DNA from: a virus
Taxonomy: Duplodnaviria > Caudoviricetes
Virus record (IMG/VR): IMGVR_UViG_3300044806_000029
Location: 1-38,450 of that record
Length of the DNA: 38,450 nucleotides
Reading direction: 5' to 3' (one strand)
In this document: in pieces, positions 19,087 to 28,422 of the stretch
Numbering within the stretch: position 1 is the stretch's first letter
How the letters are laid out: every line of letters begins with the position of its first letter
Program-made: the position numbers and the translations under genes
Notes under the pieces: generated by a model
The model's input: only the letters and a program-made list of their open reading frames with translations
Told to the model about the DNA's origin: nothing
Database searches by the model: none

Positions 19087-20358
19087 ATGGCCTTAGACCC
19101 AAGTATCGCGTTAGGCATTAAGCCTGTGCAAATAGAGTCTCCGCTTAATCAAATGGCGAAGATGTATGAAATGCAGAATTTTGTGCAGTCTAACAAACTC
19201 AACCAAATGAAGATGGATGAGTATACGCGCGGCGTCGCTGAAGATGAAGCTGTCCGTAACTACTTTGCTCAACAAGATAGAACATCGCCCGACTTTGCTA
19301 AAGGTCTTTATGGCATCTCTCCTAAAACAGGGCAAGCGTATGAGAAGTTTCAAGCTGAAACAAGTAAAGAGAAAGCGTTAGCTAAATCTGCCGAACTAGA
19401 ACAACTAAATAAAATACACGGCGTTCTTAAGACAGGTGCAACACAAGTTTTGGCTAATCCTACGTTAGCTAACGCTATTCGTGTTACGCAAGAAGTAGGC
19501 CGTATGACAGGTTCAGACGTGTCTGCGGATATAGCTCAACTATCAGCTTTAGGTGAGAATCCTGAAGCTATCCGTCGTTGGGCGGCAGGTCATGCTTTTG
19601 AAGCAGATAAACTATTGCCTAAATTTGAAAACCAACAAAATGTAATGGTTGGCGGCGTGCCTACCACGCGTGTGCTTTCAATTGATCCTTTAACTGGTAA
19701 AGCAAGCACCGTAGAAGGTTCACAAGGCGCAACATACAATAAACCTGCTGCAAGCACTAATGTTATTCTTCCTGCTCAAGAAAAAGAGTTTGAAAAAGAA
19801 CTAGGTAAAGGCCAAGCCCAAAAAGTGTTGACCAGTAAAGCCAGCGCTGAAGACGCGGCGCAAATACTAGCCACTAACTTGGTCGGTAAAAACTTACTTG
19901 ATAAAGGCATGCTAACGGGTGTAGGCGCTAACTTCTTTACTACACTTAACCAAGGCCTTAGCCAAGCTGGTATTGATTTTGGTTACGCTGATGCCGCGCA
20001 AAACTCACAAGCATACGGTGCATTAATGGCCGCTAACACCGCTAAAATTATTAAACAGTTTGGTGCGGGTACTGGCTTGTCTGATGCTGATAGGGAATAC
20101 GCATTGAAAGCCGCTGCGGGCGATATTAAAATGGACGAGAAAGCTATTCGTAAAATTCTTGGCATTAATAACAGAGCCGCGCAAAACGCTATTACTAAAC
20201 ATAACAGAGACGTATCAGGTATTAAAACTAACATTCCGTTATCTGTGGACGTAAAAGATTACACAGCGGGTATACCTGAAGGTCGAGCTGAAGCCTCAGA
20301 AAAACAATCGTATAAAAAAGTGTTAGATAATTTATTTCCGAAATCAAAAGAAAACTAG
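19087..20358 (+). CDS. DNA ejection protein (gp20 position)
   Basis: 423 aa helical, A/Q/K-rich; MALDPSIALG start; synteny. Confidence 0.6.
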   Translation: MALDPSIALGIKPVQIESPLNQMAKMYEMQNFVQSNKLNQMKMDEYTRGVAEDEAVRNYFAQQDRTSPDFAKGLYGISPKTGQAYEKFQAETSKEKALAKSAELEQLNKIHGVLKTGATQVLANPTLANAIRVTQEVGRMTGSDVSADIAQLSALGENPEAIRRWAAGHAFEADKLLPKFENQQNVMVGGVPTTRVLSIDPLTGKASTVEGSQGATYNKPAASTNVILPAQEKEFEKELGKGQAQKVLTSKASAEDAAQILATNLVGKNLLDKGMLTGVGANFFTTLNQGLSQAGIDFGYADAAQNSQAYGALMAANTAKIIKQFGAGTGLSDADREYALKAAAGDIKMDEKAIRKILGINNRAAQNAITKHNRDVSGIKTNIPLSVDVKDYTAGIPEGRAEASEKQSYKKVLDNLFPKSKEN

Positions 20359-20376
20359 TGAATAAAGGTATTAATC

Positions 20377-21951
20377 ATGGCCGATGACTTAAGAGACCGT
20401 ATTAATTCAGCACGTCGTCAAGGAGTGCCTGATGACGCTATTGTTGATCATTTAAAATCTATTGATGCAAGGTTTAAATCCGCGTCTGAACAAGGCGTTC
20501 CTGCTACTGATATATTAGACCATATCGCACCGCCTCCTACTAATATGGAAACTATTGCACGCGGTGCAGGTATTACATTACGCGGTGCAGCGCCTAGTGT
20601 CTTAGGTGCTACTGCCGGTGCAGCGTTAGGTGCCTTTGGTGGCCCAGCCGCACCTATCACCGTACCTGCTGGTGCTTTGATTGGTTCTGCGGCTGTACCT
20701 ATAAGTGATGCGGTTATCCAAGCATACAATGCGCTTGCAGGTAAAAACGTACGACCTACATCTGAAGTGATTAAGAATTACTTAGGCGGCCCTAAACCTG
20801 AAACTACTAGCGAACGTATGCTTGAGGTTGCAAGTGGCGCATTAACCCCAGCAGGCGTGGAGTCAACCGCAGCAGGTCTAGTTAAGGCTGTGCCAGGCAT
20901 GTTAGGCCGTGCTGGTCAAGTTATGTCTCAAGCCCCACTGTCCCAAGTTATTACTGCGCCTACATCTGCCGCCGTAACGCAAGGCGTGACAGAGAAATCA
21001 GGCAATCCATTATTAGGTCTTGCGGCAGGCGCAGCCACAGGTACGCTTACTAACCTACGTCCTAACGTGCGCCAACAAGCGGCGACTGCGGATCAACTAG
21101 CCCTTCGTGCAAAAGCCAATTACGATACATTAGATGCGTCAGGTTTCCAACTAGACCCTAATGCGTTTAAATCCCATTTTGGGACTATTGCGCCTAAACT
21201 TCGCGCTAGTCAAGGCTATGTAGAAAATGCCTACCCTAAAGTAAAAGCCGTTATTGATGAGCTAGTATCTGACACGCCTAAAGATGTGGCTGAAATTACA
21301 GCGCTTCGTAAAGTTATTGGCGGCGTAAAAGGCAGTGCAGACGCGCAAGAACGATTAATTGGCGCTCAATTGATGGACGAGTTTGACGATTACGTTCTTA
21401 CTGCGCCTGCGTCAGCCATTGTTGGCGGCGATAAAAAAGCCGTTGAAGCGTGGAAGAACGCACGTCAAGATTACTCACGCATGAAAAAAGGCGAGATATT
21501 TACTGACATTATTGAGAAAGCTGAATTGTCTCAAGGCGACAAAGGTAAAGCCATTGCTAGTCAACTATCTAGCCTGGCTAAGAACGATAAGAAAATGCGT
21601 TTGTTTTCTAAAGAAGAACAAGCACAAATTAAAGAGGCCGCTAAAGGCGGTAAGATACAGTCCCTACTTAATACTGTGGCCAAGTTTACGCCTATGACGC
21701 CTGCTGCGGCCATCTTCACCGCCGTAAGTCCTTGGGGTGCGTACACTGCTGCTGGTGGTTTGGCAAGTAAAGCCGCCGCAACCGGTATGCAAGAACGTCA
21801 AGCTAACAGACTAGCCAATCAAATGCGTTCAGGCGCAGGCGCTAAACTGCCTATCGTAGAAGGCTTTGGCCGCAACTTACCTATGGCTGCATATCGCCAA
21901 GGTGTCAATACCCTCGCAACTGAACAACAACAAAACGCATTAGCCCAATAA
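20377..21951 (+). CDS. DNA ejection protein (gp16 position)
   Basis: 524 aa, Ala/Gly-rich membrane-insertion-like segments; synteny. Confidence 0.6.
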   Translation: MADDLRDRINSARRQGVPDDAIVDHLKSIDARFKSASEQGVPATDILDHIAPPPTNMETIARGAGITLRGAAPSVLGATAGAALGAFGGPAAPITVPAGALIGSAAVPISDAVIQAYNALAGKNVRPTSEVIKNYLGGPKPETTSERMLEVASGALTPAGVESTAAGLVKAVPGMLGRAGQVMSQAPLSQVITAPTSAAVTQGVTEKSGNPLLGLAAGAATGTLTNLRPNVRQQAATADQLALRAKANYDTLDASGFQLDPNAFKSHFGTIAPKLRASQGYVENAYPKVKAVIDELVSDTPKDVAEITALRKVIGGVKGSADAQERLIGAQLMDEFDDYVLTAPASAIVGGDKKAVEAWKNARQDYSRMKKGEIFTDIIEKAELSQGDKGKAIASQLSSLAKNDKKMRLFSKEEQAQIKEAAKGGKIQSLLNTVAKFTPMTPAAAIFTAVSPWGAYTAAGGLASKAAATGMQERQANRLANQMRSGAGAKLPIVEGFGRNLPMAAYRQGVNTLATEQQQNALAQ

Positions 21952-21960
21952 GGATTTAGT

Positions 21961-22221
21961 ATGGACGATCAAACATCGCGCCTTAACCGCATAGAAGAAA
22001 AGCTGGACAAAGTGTCTGAGGCGATTGTTTCATTGGCCCGCATGGAAGAACGCATGATTACGTTGTTCAAACGCATGGACAGCTACGACGACCACCACCG
22101 CGCCTTAGAAGGCCGCGTGACTAAGGTTGAAGTGTCGCATGCGTCAGGCGCATGGGTTGAGCGCGTGGTGTGGTTCATAGTCTGTGGCATCATAATGGGG
22201 ACTTTATACCTTGGTAAATAG
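21961..22221 (+). CDS. Coiled-coil protein with C-terminal TM helix (XhlA/holin-like)
   Basis: RLNRIEEKLDK...LARMEER then one hydrophobic helix; precedes the endolysin. Confidence 0.6.
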   Translation: MDDQTSRLNRIEEKLDKVSEAIVSLARMEERMITLFKRMDSYDDHHRALEGRVTKVEVSHASGAWVERVVWFIVCGIIMGTLYLGK

Positions 22222-22627
22222 CCGTAGTTTGTCCGACTTACACCCTAAAGTCGCTGCCATGTGCAAGGCTTTTATTGAAGAATGTGATAAGAAAGGCATT
22301 GACGTACTGATTACATCCACGTATCGTGATGCAGCAAGTCAAACGGCGCTCTACAATCAAGGCCGTACAAAGCCTGGTAACATAGTAACTAACGCTAAGG
22401 CAGGTCAGTCGTTTCATAACTGGCGTGTAGCGTTTGACTTCTGCCCCATCGTTAATGGCAAATGCCAATGGAACGATAAGGGATTGTTTGCAACCTGCGG
22501 TGCCATTGCAGAAAGCGTAGGACTTGAATGGGCTGGTCGATGGACTGGCAAGTTTAAGGAGACGGCGCATTGCCAGTATACTGGCGGTCTGTCATTACTC
22601 GATTTTCAAAAGGGGAAAACATTATGA
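22211..22627 (+). CDS. Endolysin, M15 family (L-Ala-D-Glu peptidase-like)
   Basis: TSTYR...Q..LYNQGRTKPGNIVTNAKAGQSFHNWRVAFD, GLEWAGRW, ETAHCQ; start codon uncertain (TTG). Confidence 0.9.
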   Translation: MVNSRSLSDLHPKVAAMCKAFIEECDKKGIDVLITSTYRDAASQTALYNQGRTKPGNIVTNAKAGQSFHNWRVAFDFCPIVNGKCQWNDKGLFATCGAIAESVGLEWAGRWTGKFKETAHCQYTGGLSLLDFQKGKTL

Positions 22628-22794
22628 AAGCATATTTAATTGAACGTCTTAAAGAAGCATCAACATGGCGCGGTATCGTAGCGCTACTAACCGCCATTGG
22701 CGTAACGCTATCACCAGAGCAAGGCGAGGCGATAGTAGCATTAGGACTAGCCGCTATCGGTACGCTAGGCGTATTCACCGTGGACAAAAAGTAA
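22624..22794 (+). CDS. Holin (2 TM)
   Basis: MKAYLIERLKEASTWRGIVALLTAIGV...; ATG 22624 overlaps the endolysin stop. Confidence 0.7.
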   Translation: MKAYLIERLKEASTWRGIVALLTAIGVTLSPEQGEAIVALGLAAIGTLGVFTVDKK

Positions 22795-23000
22795 TGTCCT
22801 CACTCTTTGCTATCATAGACCGCCTGCTACTATTAGTAGTTAGGTGGGCTGTGGCAAGAGAACAGGCGAAAGCCCAAAGGTTGCGCGATGCAATTGAAGA
22901 AAACCCTGCTGACTGGTACATTGCTCATTTTAACAGCATGTCAGACCCAGCAAACACTCCAGCCGACAAAACCAACACTGACGATACAAAAGCAAGCTGA
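22794..23000 (+). CDS. Putative i-spanin (Rz-like)
   Basis: TAATG-coupled start; N-terminal hydrophobic segment then helical region; overlaps a lipoprotein gene. Confidence 0.6.
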   Translation: MSSLFAIIDRLLLLVVRWAVAREQAKAQRLRDAIEENPADWYIAHFNSMSDPANTPADKTNTDDTKAS

Positions 23001-23073
23001 CGGTGGCATTTGCTTAGATAGGGACAACGCTGCTAAATTGGGCGTTTACATCCTTGAACTGGAACGCAAATGA
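22888..23073 (+). CDS. Putative o-spanin lipoprotein (Rz1-like)
   Basis: Signal peptide MQLKKTLLTGTLLI with lipobox LTAC; alternate frame overlapping the 3' half of the i-spanin. Confidence 0.7.
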   Translation: MQLKKTLLTGTLLILTACQTQQTLQPTKPTLTIQKQADGGICLDRDNAAKLGVYILELERK

Positions 23074-24230
23074 TTATCGAAGATGGCTTTTTAGCGTTCG
23101 CCAACGACAGACAAAAAGAAATAATCCAAGCCATCAATGAATACGGCGGCATACGACCTGCTGCTAGAGCGTTACAACTACACCACACCACCGTTGCAGA
23201 CTCAATACGCATAGTAAGGCGTAAAGCCGCTATCAGCGGTTACGCACCCGATAATGACATGGTGCGCGTGGTACCCGATCCGTTCATCGTACGCGGTATC
23301 AGCACCTACTATAATGCCGAGGGTAAAGCCTCAGGCCAGTGGGTCAAGTCACGCATCGAGGACACCAAGCTACAGGAGATGATGCGTCAAACGATTGACG
23401 CCATGAAAGAGGAAATCCCACGGCTGACTGCATTACCAGCGCCGCCGCTGTCTAATGACAACCTACTGAACTGCTACGTCGTAACTGATTATCATTTGGG
23501 AATGCTATCGTGGGACGAGGAGACCGGTGAGAACTGGGACGTGGCCATTGCTGAAAAGTTGGTCATCAAATGGATGGAGCAGGCTATTGCTCAGTCGCCC
23601 AACGCTGACACGGCTGTGTTCGCACAGCTATCGGACTTCTTACACTTTGACGGTATGGACGCTGTAACGCCTGCGTCTAAACACCTGCTCGACGTGGACA
23701 CGCGCTTTGCTAAGTTAGTCCGGTCTGCGATACGTGTATTACGCACCGTGATAGACATGCTGTTAGCCAAGCACCAAAAGCTACACATTATCATGGCTGA
23801 CGCTAACCACGATCCGGTCAGTCAAATATGGCTGCGCGAGTGGTTTAGTGTGCTGTATGAAAACGAGCCACGCGTTACTGTGGACAAGTCACCTAACCCA
23901 TACAATGCGTACGAGTTCGGTAACGTGGCGTTGTTCTTCCATCACGGCCACAAGCGTAAAGTCGCAAACGTATCAGAAGTGTTCGCTGGGCAGTTCAGGG
24001 AAATGTTCGGAAGAACTAAGTATGCCTACGCCCACATGGGCCATTACCATTCTATCGATATTAAAGAAAATAACTTGATGATAGTCGAACAGCATCGTAC
24101 ACTAGCACCAGGTGATGCGTATTCTGCTAGGGGCGGTTGGCTGTCAGGCCGAGATGCTAAGGTAATAAGTTATGATCGCCGTTACGGTGAAGTCAGCCGG
24201 TTAACAATTAACTCTGATATGTTGAGGTAA
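23070..24230 (+). CDS. HTH + calcineurin-like metallophosphoesterase
   Basis: N-terminal GIRPAARALQLHHTTV HTH; TDYHLG, SDFLHFD, ANHD, HHGH, GHYH metal motifs. Confidence 0.8.
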   Translation: MIIEDGFLAFANDRQKEIIQAINEYGGIRPAARALQLHHTTVADSIRIVRRKAAISGYAPDNDMVRVVPDPFIVRGISTYYNAEGKASGQWVKSRIEDTKLQEMMRQTIDAMKEEIPRLTALPAPPLSNDNLLNCYVVTDYHLGMLSWDEETGENWDVAIAEKLVIKWMEQAIAQSPNADTAVFAQLSDFLHFDGMDAVTPASKHLLDVDTRFAKLVRSAIRVLRTVIDMLLAKHQKLHIIMADANHDPVSQIWLREWFSVLYENEPRVTVDKSPNPYNAYEFGNVALFFHHGHKRKVANVSEVFAGQFREMFGRTKYAYAHMGHYHSIDIKENNLMIVEQHRTLAPGDAYSARGGWLSGRDAKVISYDRRYGEVSRLTINSDMLR

Positions 24231-24232
24231 AT

Positions 24233-24406
24233 ATGGCTAAACGTACACCGGAAGAAATTTGTTACGACTTGTTAGGTCAGTCTATCGATGAAATTGAAGT
24301 GGACTACGACAACGAAATCATTGTCATCACCACTAGCATGGGTAGAATTGAATTTACTGGTGATGATTTAGCGATGTACGTCGAATCCGACAAATTTGAC
24401 GGGTAA
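24233..24406 (+). CDS. Small acidic hypothetical protein, 57 aa (MAKRTPEEICYDLLGQSIDEIEVDYDNE...)
   Basis: Translated by hand; GAGG RBS; begins 2 bp after the previous stop. Confidence 0.65.
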   Translation: MAKRTPEEICYDLLGQSIDEIEVDYDNEIIVITTSMGRIEFTGDDLAMYVESDKFDG

Positions 24407-24551
24407 AGCTAAAAAACGACCTCACCAATCGCTGTATAACAGACGATTGATAAGGCGGTAATGCACTGATAGCCACGCATGTACAAAAACCTGTCAAAAA
24501 CGCAGGAAAGTAGCAAATCACGTATTCAAGAGTGTTCAATTCGTAATTCAT
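24354..24551 (-). CDS. Hypothetical membrane protein
   Basis: Last ORF of the leftward block; hydrophobic N-half; overlaps the convergent ORF. Confidence 0.4.
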   Translation of the reverse strand: MNYELNTLEYVICYFPAFLTGFCTCVAISALPPYQSSVIQRLVRSFFSFTRQICRIRRTSLNHHQ

Positions 24552-24690
24552 GTATTTCTATCTCTATTTTCTTGTCGGACGGCAATTTTACCATAGCCGT
24601 GGTCGGAAAATGACCGCGAGATAGTATTTCGACAACACATTCACCTTTGTTCCACCACAACCATTTTGGTAAAGTCATTTTTTCAGTCAT
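24526..24690 (-). CDS. Hypothetical protein (MTEKMTLPKWLWW...)
   Basis: GGAG RBS before ATG 24690. Confidence 0.55.
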   Translation of the reverse strand: MTEKMTLPKWLWWNKGECVVEILSRGHFPTTAMVKLPSDKKIEIEIHELRIEHS

Positions 24691-24691
24691 G

Positions 24692-24937
24692 TTATTCTCC
24701 GTATTCCATTTGTAAAAGTAGTTCGCAATAGTGAATGGCTTTTTTGATGTCATCAGCGCCGTTCTTATTTTTGTGTCGGCAAACGTACTTGATGATATTG
24801 CCTTGAAGAAAGTCCAAACCGTTTGCCGTGATGAACTCAATCGGCTGAATAGTCATGTCAGCGTAATGCGATCCGCCCACTTGTTTTTGTAGCGCAGTCG
24901 CTTCTTCCTTGTACATCTCTGTCATTCCGTCACTCAT
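24692..24937 (-). CDS. DUF3310 family protein (T7 gp1.7 / SaV-like)
   Basis: QVGGSHY...IQPIEFI...FLQGNIIKYVCR..KNG.DDIKKA.HY. Confidence 0.85.
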   Translation of the reverse strand: MSDGMTEMYKEEATALQKQVGGSHYADMTIQPIEFITANGLDFLQGNIIKYVCRHKNKNGADDIKKAIHYCELLLQMEYGE

Positions 24938-25151
24938 TGCCTGCTACCTCCAATACTAAGTCTTCGACTCGGATCAACGTGTCGTCTGATAACAAATTTG
25001 ATATGTCTTGCGTAGAGTCCGGCAGTTCTATTGATAGGATTTCTACATCAACGTCGTCAGGGCTGTCGCCAGTGCCAAACGGATCGTTATACCTGGTAAT
25101 GTCTGCGTACACATCTAGCTCGATGCCGTATAGATTAATTGTATATATCAT
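24930..25151 (-). CDS. Acidic hypothetical protein
   Basis: ATGA-coupled start (MIYTINLYG...). Confidence 0.6.
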   Translation of the reverse strand: MIYTINLYGIELDVYADITRYNDPFGTGDSPDDVDVEILSIELPDSTQDISNLLSDDTLIRVEDLVLEVAGNE

Positions 25152-25282
25152 TTTGTCACCCACATCCAAACTCTAGTCCAAAAGCCGACTGGCTCGTATT
25201 CTTCAATCGGTAGCCAAGGTGTTGCGTCTACGTTAGTAAACTTGTAATTTTGCCTATCCCAAACTTCACGATAGTTATTCAT
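25148..25282 (-). CDS. Hypothetical protein, 44 aa (MNNYREVWDRQNYKF...)
   Basis: Translated by hand; AAGGAGG upstream; ATGA overlaps on both sides. Confidence 0.6.
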   Translation of the reverse strand: MNNYREVWDRQNYKFTNVDATPWLPIEEYEPVGFWTRVWMWVTK

Positions 25283-25473
25283 GGTCGTACTGCCTCCTTA
25301 ATTATTTCCACACGCTCACGCGCAGCGCGTAAGATGGTGTAGCGTTGATGTAATCGTTGTAACATTGAAATACGGCGCTCGGTTTGTCGCTCATGGTTTA
25401 GCAACTCCAGCACTTCTTCCTCTGTCTTGTCGTTAATGATAGCGTTCAATGAACGCCAGTTTAGTCTTTCCAT
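25279..25473 (-). CDS. Hypothetical helical protein (MERLNWRSLN...RLHQRY..LRA.RER)
   Basis: AAGGAG RBS before ATG 25473. Confidence 0.7.
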   Translation of the reverse strand: MERLNWRSLNAIINDKTEEEVLELLNHERQTERRISMLQRLHQRYTILRAARERVEIIKEAVRP

Positions 25474-25483
25474 CCTACTCTCC

Positions 25484-25714
25484 TTAGTAATGATCACCGG
25501 TAGGGCCGTTTTGCCCTATCGTGTCAATTCGATCTTCGTCCCAGTTAAGCGGACAACCCGTAAAAGCACACTCTTTTGTTGTAGCAAACGTCTTACCGCA
25601 GATGTTGCAGTTAGCGTCTTTGGTCTTAAAAATTAAATCAAAATTATTGTCAAACTCTTTACTGTTTACACGGCTCTGTATCAAGTCGCCTGTGATGTCG
25701 TTATGTGCCGCCAT
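25484..25714 (-). CDS. Hypothetical protein with CxxC...CxxxxC
   Basis: AAGGAG RBS; MAAHNDITGDLIQSR, CNICGK, CAFTGCP. Confidence 0.65.
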   Translation of the reverse strand: MAAHNDITGDLIQSRVNSKEFDNNFDLIFKTKDANCNICGKTFATTKECAFTGCPLNWDEDRIDTIGQNGPTGDHY

Positions 25715-25905
25715 CTTGTTTCTCCTTATGTACATTGTTAACTATGGTTTACACAAGTAGTCTAAAACTAAACTAATAGAGTAGACTTACGCATAAAATT
25801 AAACTCAAAAAAGTGATATGTCCGTCAAAACATCCGCCACTTTATCGTTCTCTTTCATCTTAGCTAGTATTAATAAAAAGCGTAGTTCTTCCATCTCGGC
25901 TTGGG

Positions 25906-26331
25906 TCATGTGTTTTTATCCTTTAATGCTTGTTCAATAGCACGAGCAAATTTAAAAGTATTGAATTCTTTGTGTTCGCTAGAATGAATTATCCAGCTAT
26001 TATCTTGAATAATTTTTATCTCATCATCACTTAATCCTTGCCATGATGGTGCAGGGTGGGTGTAAAGTGGTATTTCTTTATTGACTGCCGCTATACTTCT
26101 AACAATTTCAGTCTTAAAGTCTAGTCTAAATCTACCTTCGCTATCCATCCACCCAACAGGTTCTTGTGTTTGCTGTTCTAATGCTTCTTTACAGGCTTGT
26201 AATGCTTTAATAGCTGGTTTACCACCATCTTCAATATCGCCCCAAGTTTCAGCATTAACTTTATGTTGAACAACTCCTATATATTGCTCTAACGCTTCAA
26301 TCGCCATCTTTAATGCTTCGTCTTTAGTCAT
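25906..26331 (-). CDS. Modular hypothetical protein (ALKMAIEALE / EPVGW / PLYTHP / WQGLSDDE / ARAIEQALK)
   Basis: Motif set typical of proteobacterial phage accessory proteins. Confidence 0.75.
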   Translation of the reverse strand: MTKDEALKMAIEALEQYIGVVQHKVNAETWGDIEDGGKPAIKALQACKEALEQQTQEPVGWMDSEGRFRLDFKTEIVRSIAAVNKEIPLYTHPAPSWQGLSDDEIKIIQDNSWIIHSSEHKEFNTFKFARAIEQALKDKNT

Positions 26332-26516
26332 TGCGGTCTATCCTCCTCATCAAACGTCATGTCGCCATGTGGTATGTCATCATGCACAATCAATCCATCC
26401 TCATCTTCCTCAATAAAGCGTTGGCATATCACGCACCAGTATCCGTCATCTTTAGCCATATTATTGTCTGCCCATTTAGCTATCTGTTTACCACGGTCAA
26501 AGAACTCTTTAGTCAT
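26328..26516 (-). CDS. Hypothetical protein with CxxC...H..H
   Basis: ATGA-coupled ORF. Confidence 0.6.
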   Translation of the reverse strand: MTKEFFDRGKQIAKWADNNMAKDDGYWCVICQRFIEEDEDGLIVHDDIPHGDMTFDEEDRPQ

Positions 26517-26743
26517 ACAGTCTTTCCTATGTAGGTAGCCTTGCTGTCATTGAACTGCACCTCTATCTGACAGTCTTGCCCAGCGTTTCCATGATAAAGT
26601 TTAAACAACCCCACACAAATGGAAACTATACAAATGACTAGCAAAGTTGCTATCACTACTGTTGCTCTATCTACACTTCTATCTACATTACAATCACCGC
26701 AATCACACTTACGGCCTTGATCACAATTTTGGTTACACGGCAT
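26513..26743 (-). CDS. Cys-rich single-TM hypothetical protein
   Basis: MPCNQNCDQGRKCDC then a TM helix. Confidence 0.65.
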   Translation of the reverse strand: MPCNQNCDQGRKCDCGDCNVDRSVDRATVVIATLLVICIVSICVGLFKLYHGNAGQDCQIEVQFNDSKATYIGKTV

Positions 26744-26924
26744 CGCTTTTCTCCCCTATTTCAACTATAGTAAACTTCTTTTTAGAATACCTTTCGGCAG
26801 CCTTACGAGACATAAACACAGGTAATACCCCAATCATGCCACTAGCAAACTTTAAGTCTATTGGCGTAGGGGCGCCAAGCATATTAACATCAGCTTTACG
26901 CTGTACAGCCATTACTATGAACAT
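26733..26924 (-). CDS. Hypothetical protein
   Basis: AAGGAG RBS; coupled ORF. Confidence 0.55.
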   Translation of the reverse strand: MFIVMAVQRKADVNMLGAPTPIDLKFASGMIGVLPVFMSRKAAERYSKKKFTIVEIGEKSDAV

Positions 26925-27124
26925 GTGTTCTTCTCCTTTAATGCTTGTTCAATAGCACGAGCATATTCAATTTCTTCAGGACTTCTACCTTCGTTTAAAT
27001 ATCTTTCATCATCACTTAATCCTTGCCATTCTTTCTTCGGGTATTGTGAATACACGGCGTCAAATATAGCCTTTAAAATCTCTTGCTTTGACGGAAAATC
27101 ATCTAGCGCGTCTTTAGTGTTCAT
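26915..27124 (-). CDS. Hypothetical protein sharing WQGLSDDE / ARAIEQALK modules with 25906-26331
   Basis: GGAG RBS; shared DNA repeats. Confidence 0.65.
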   Translation of the reverse strand: MNTKDALDDFPSKQEILKAIFDAVYSQYPKKEWQGLSDDERYLNEGRSPEEIEYARAIEQALKEKNTCS

Positions 27125-28422
27125 TTCAACTCCTCCATTGCAATATCAGAAATAGCCCGCTTGTCATGCAAGGCCGCCCAAATACGTTCGTCTACTGTTT
27201 TGTTAGCTAACAGTATGTAGCACCACACGTCATGCGCCTGGCCACTGCGATGCAGACGGCCTATGGTTTGTTCATACAACTCTAAGCTCCACGGCAGTGA
27301 GAAGAACACTATCTTACAGCCACCGTGTTGTAAGTTCAGGCCGTGGCCTGCTGACTTAGGGTGTATCAATAGCAGTTCAATCTCACCGTTATTCCATCGT
27401 TTGATGGCGTCAGGCTCGTCTATCGTCACGGCTTTAGGAAAGCGCTGCTTTAGCTTTTGCAGTTCCGCCTGGAAGTTGTACACCACGATAGTGTTGTCGT
27501 GTTGGTTTTCGTCCAGCAAGTCCTCTAGCATGCCGAACTTATGAAAGCTCAACCACTTCGTCTCAGCGTTGTCTTCTGTGTCGTAGATAAAGCCTGACGA
27601 CAGTTGTTGTAGCTTAGACGTCAGCACAGCAGCGTTAACGGCGGTCAATGTTTTGCCGTCCAGCTCCATCACAAACGTCTTCTTAAAATGTTCGTACTCT
27701 TGTCGGTTAGGCAACTCGCACCGCACCTCTACCGTATGACATGGCGGTAACTTGTCGCTGTATTCGCCAGCCTCTAACACATACGTGGCAGGCTTAATAA
27801 TCTGCATCACGTTCTTAAGCGCGTCAGGGCGTGGCTTCCAGTCATTAAAGTCTTTGTTCAGTAGCACAAAGTGTTGCTGTAAGAACGCACCCTTGCTACG
27901 GCCTAACAAGGTCTGATCGACTATCTTGCACTGGCCGAACACATCCTCTAGGCCGTTGCTGGTAAACGATCCGGTCAAGCCCCAGCGTATCGTAATCTTG
28001 TCCATCAGTTTAGCGATGGCCTTAAAGCGTTTGCCGGTTGGGTTTTTTAGCCTGGTTAGCTCGTCAAACACCACAGCATCAAAACCTTTCAATGTCTCCA
28101 ACGATTGCAAGCTGTCGTAGTTCGTCACCACTACGTTAGCGTCGGTCTTGAACGCATCTTGGCGCTGCTTCTGTGTGCCTACTGCCACAACAAGTGACAG
28201 ACGTGGCGCCCACTTAGGCTGCTCAACGGGCCACACGTCAGTGCAGACACGCTTAGGCGCAACGACTAGGAAGCGCTTAACAAGCCCCGCCTCGATAGCG
28301 TCCTGCATAGCAGTGAGCGTGATGGCCGTCTTGCCTGCGCCCACAGGCGCAAGTATCATGGCACGGTCATGCTCGTATATAAAGTCAGCCGCGACTTCTT
28401 GGTAGGGTCTAAGTTTTAGCAT
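27121..28422 (-). CDS. SNF2-like superfamily 2 helicase
   Basis: LRPYQ, PVGAGKT, VFDEL, GLTGS, SAGHGLNLQ, QTIGRLHRSGQ. Confidence 0.92.
   Translation of the reverse strand: MLKLRPYQEVAADFIYEHDRAMILAPVGAGKTAITLTAMQDAIEAGLVKRFLVVAPKRVCTDVWPVEQPKWAPRLSLVVAVGTQKQRQDAFKTDANVVVTNYDSLQSLETLKGFDAVVFDELTRLKNPTGKRFKAIAKLMDKITIRWGLTGSFTSNGLEDVFGQCKIVDQTLLGRSKGAFLQQHFVLLNKDFNDWKPRPDALKNVMQIIKPATYVLEAGEYSDKLPPCHTVEVRCELPNRQEYEHFKKTFVMELDGKTLTAVNAAVLTSKLQQLSSGFIYDTEDNAETKWLSFHKFGMLEDLLDENQHDNTIVVYNFQAELQKLKQRFPKAVTIDEPDAIKRWNNGEIELLLIHPKSAGHGLNLQHGGCKIVFFSLPWSLELYEQTIGRLHRSGQAHDVWCYILLANKTVDERIWAALHDKRAISDIAMEELK

Noticed and set aside
25805-25909. 34-aa minus-strand ORF MTQAEMEELRFLLILAK...
   Set aside because: ATGA-coupled and plausible, but too short and featureless to support as a feature.
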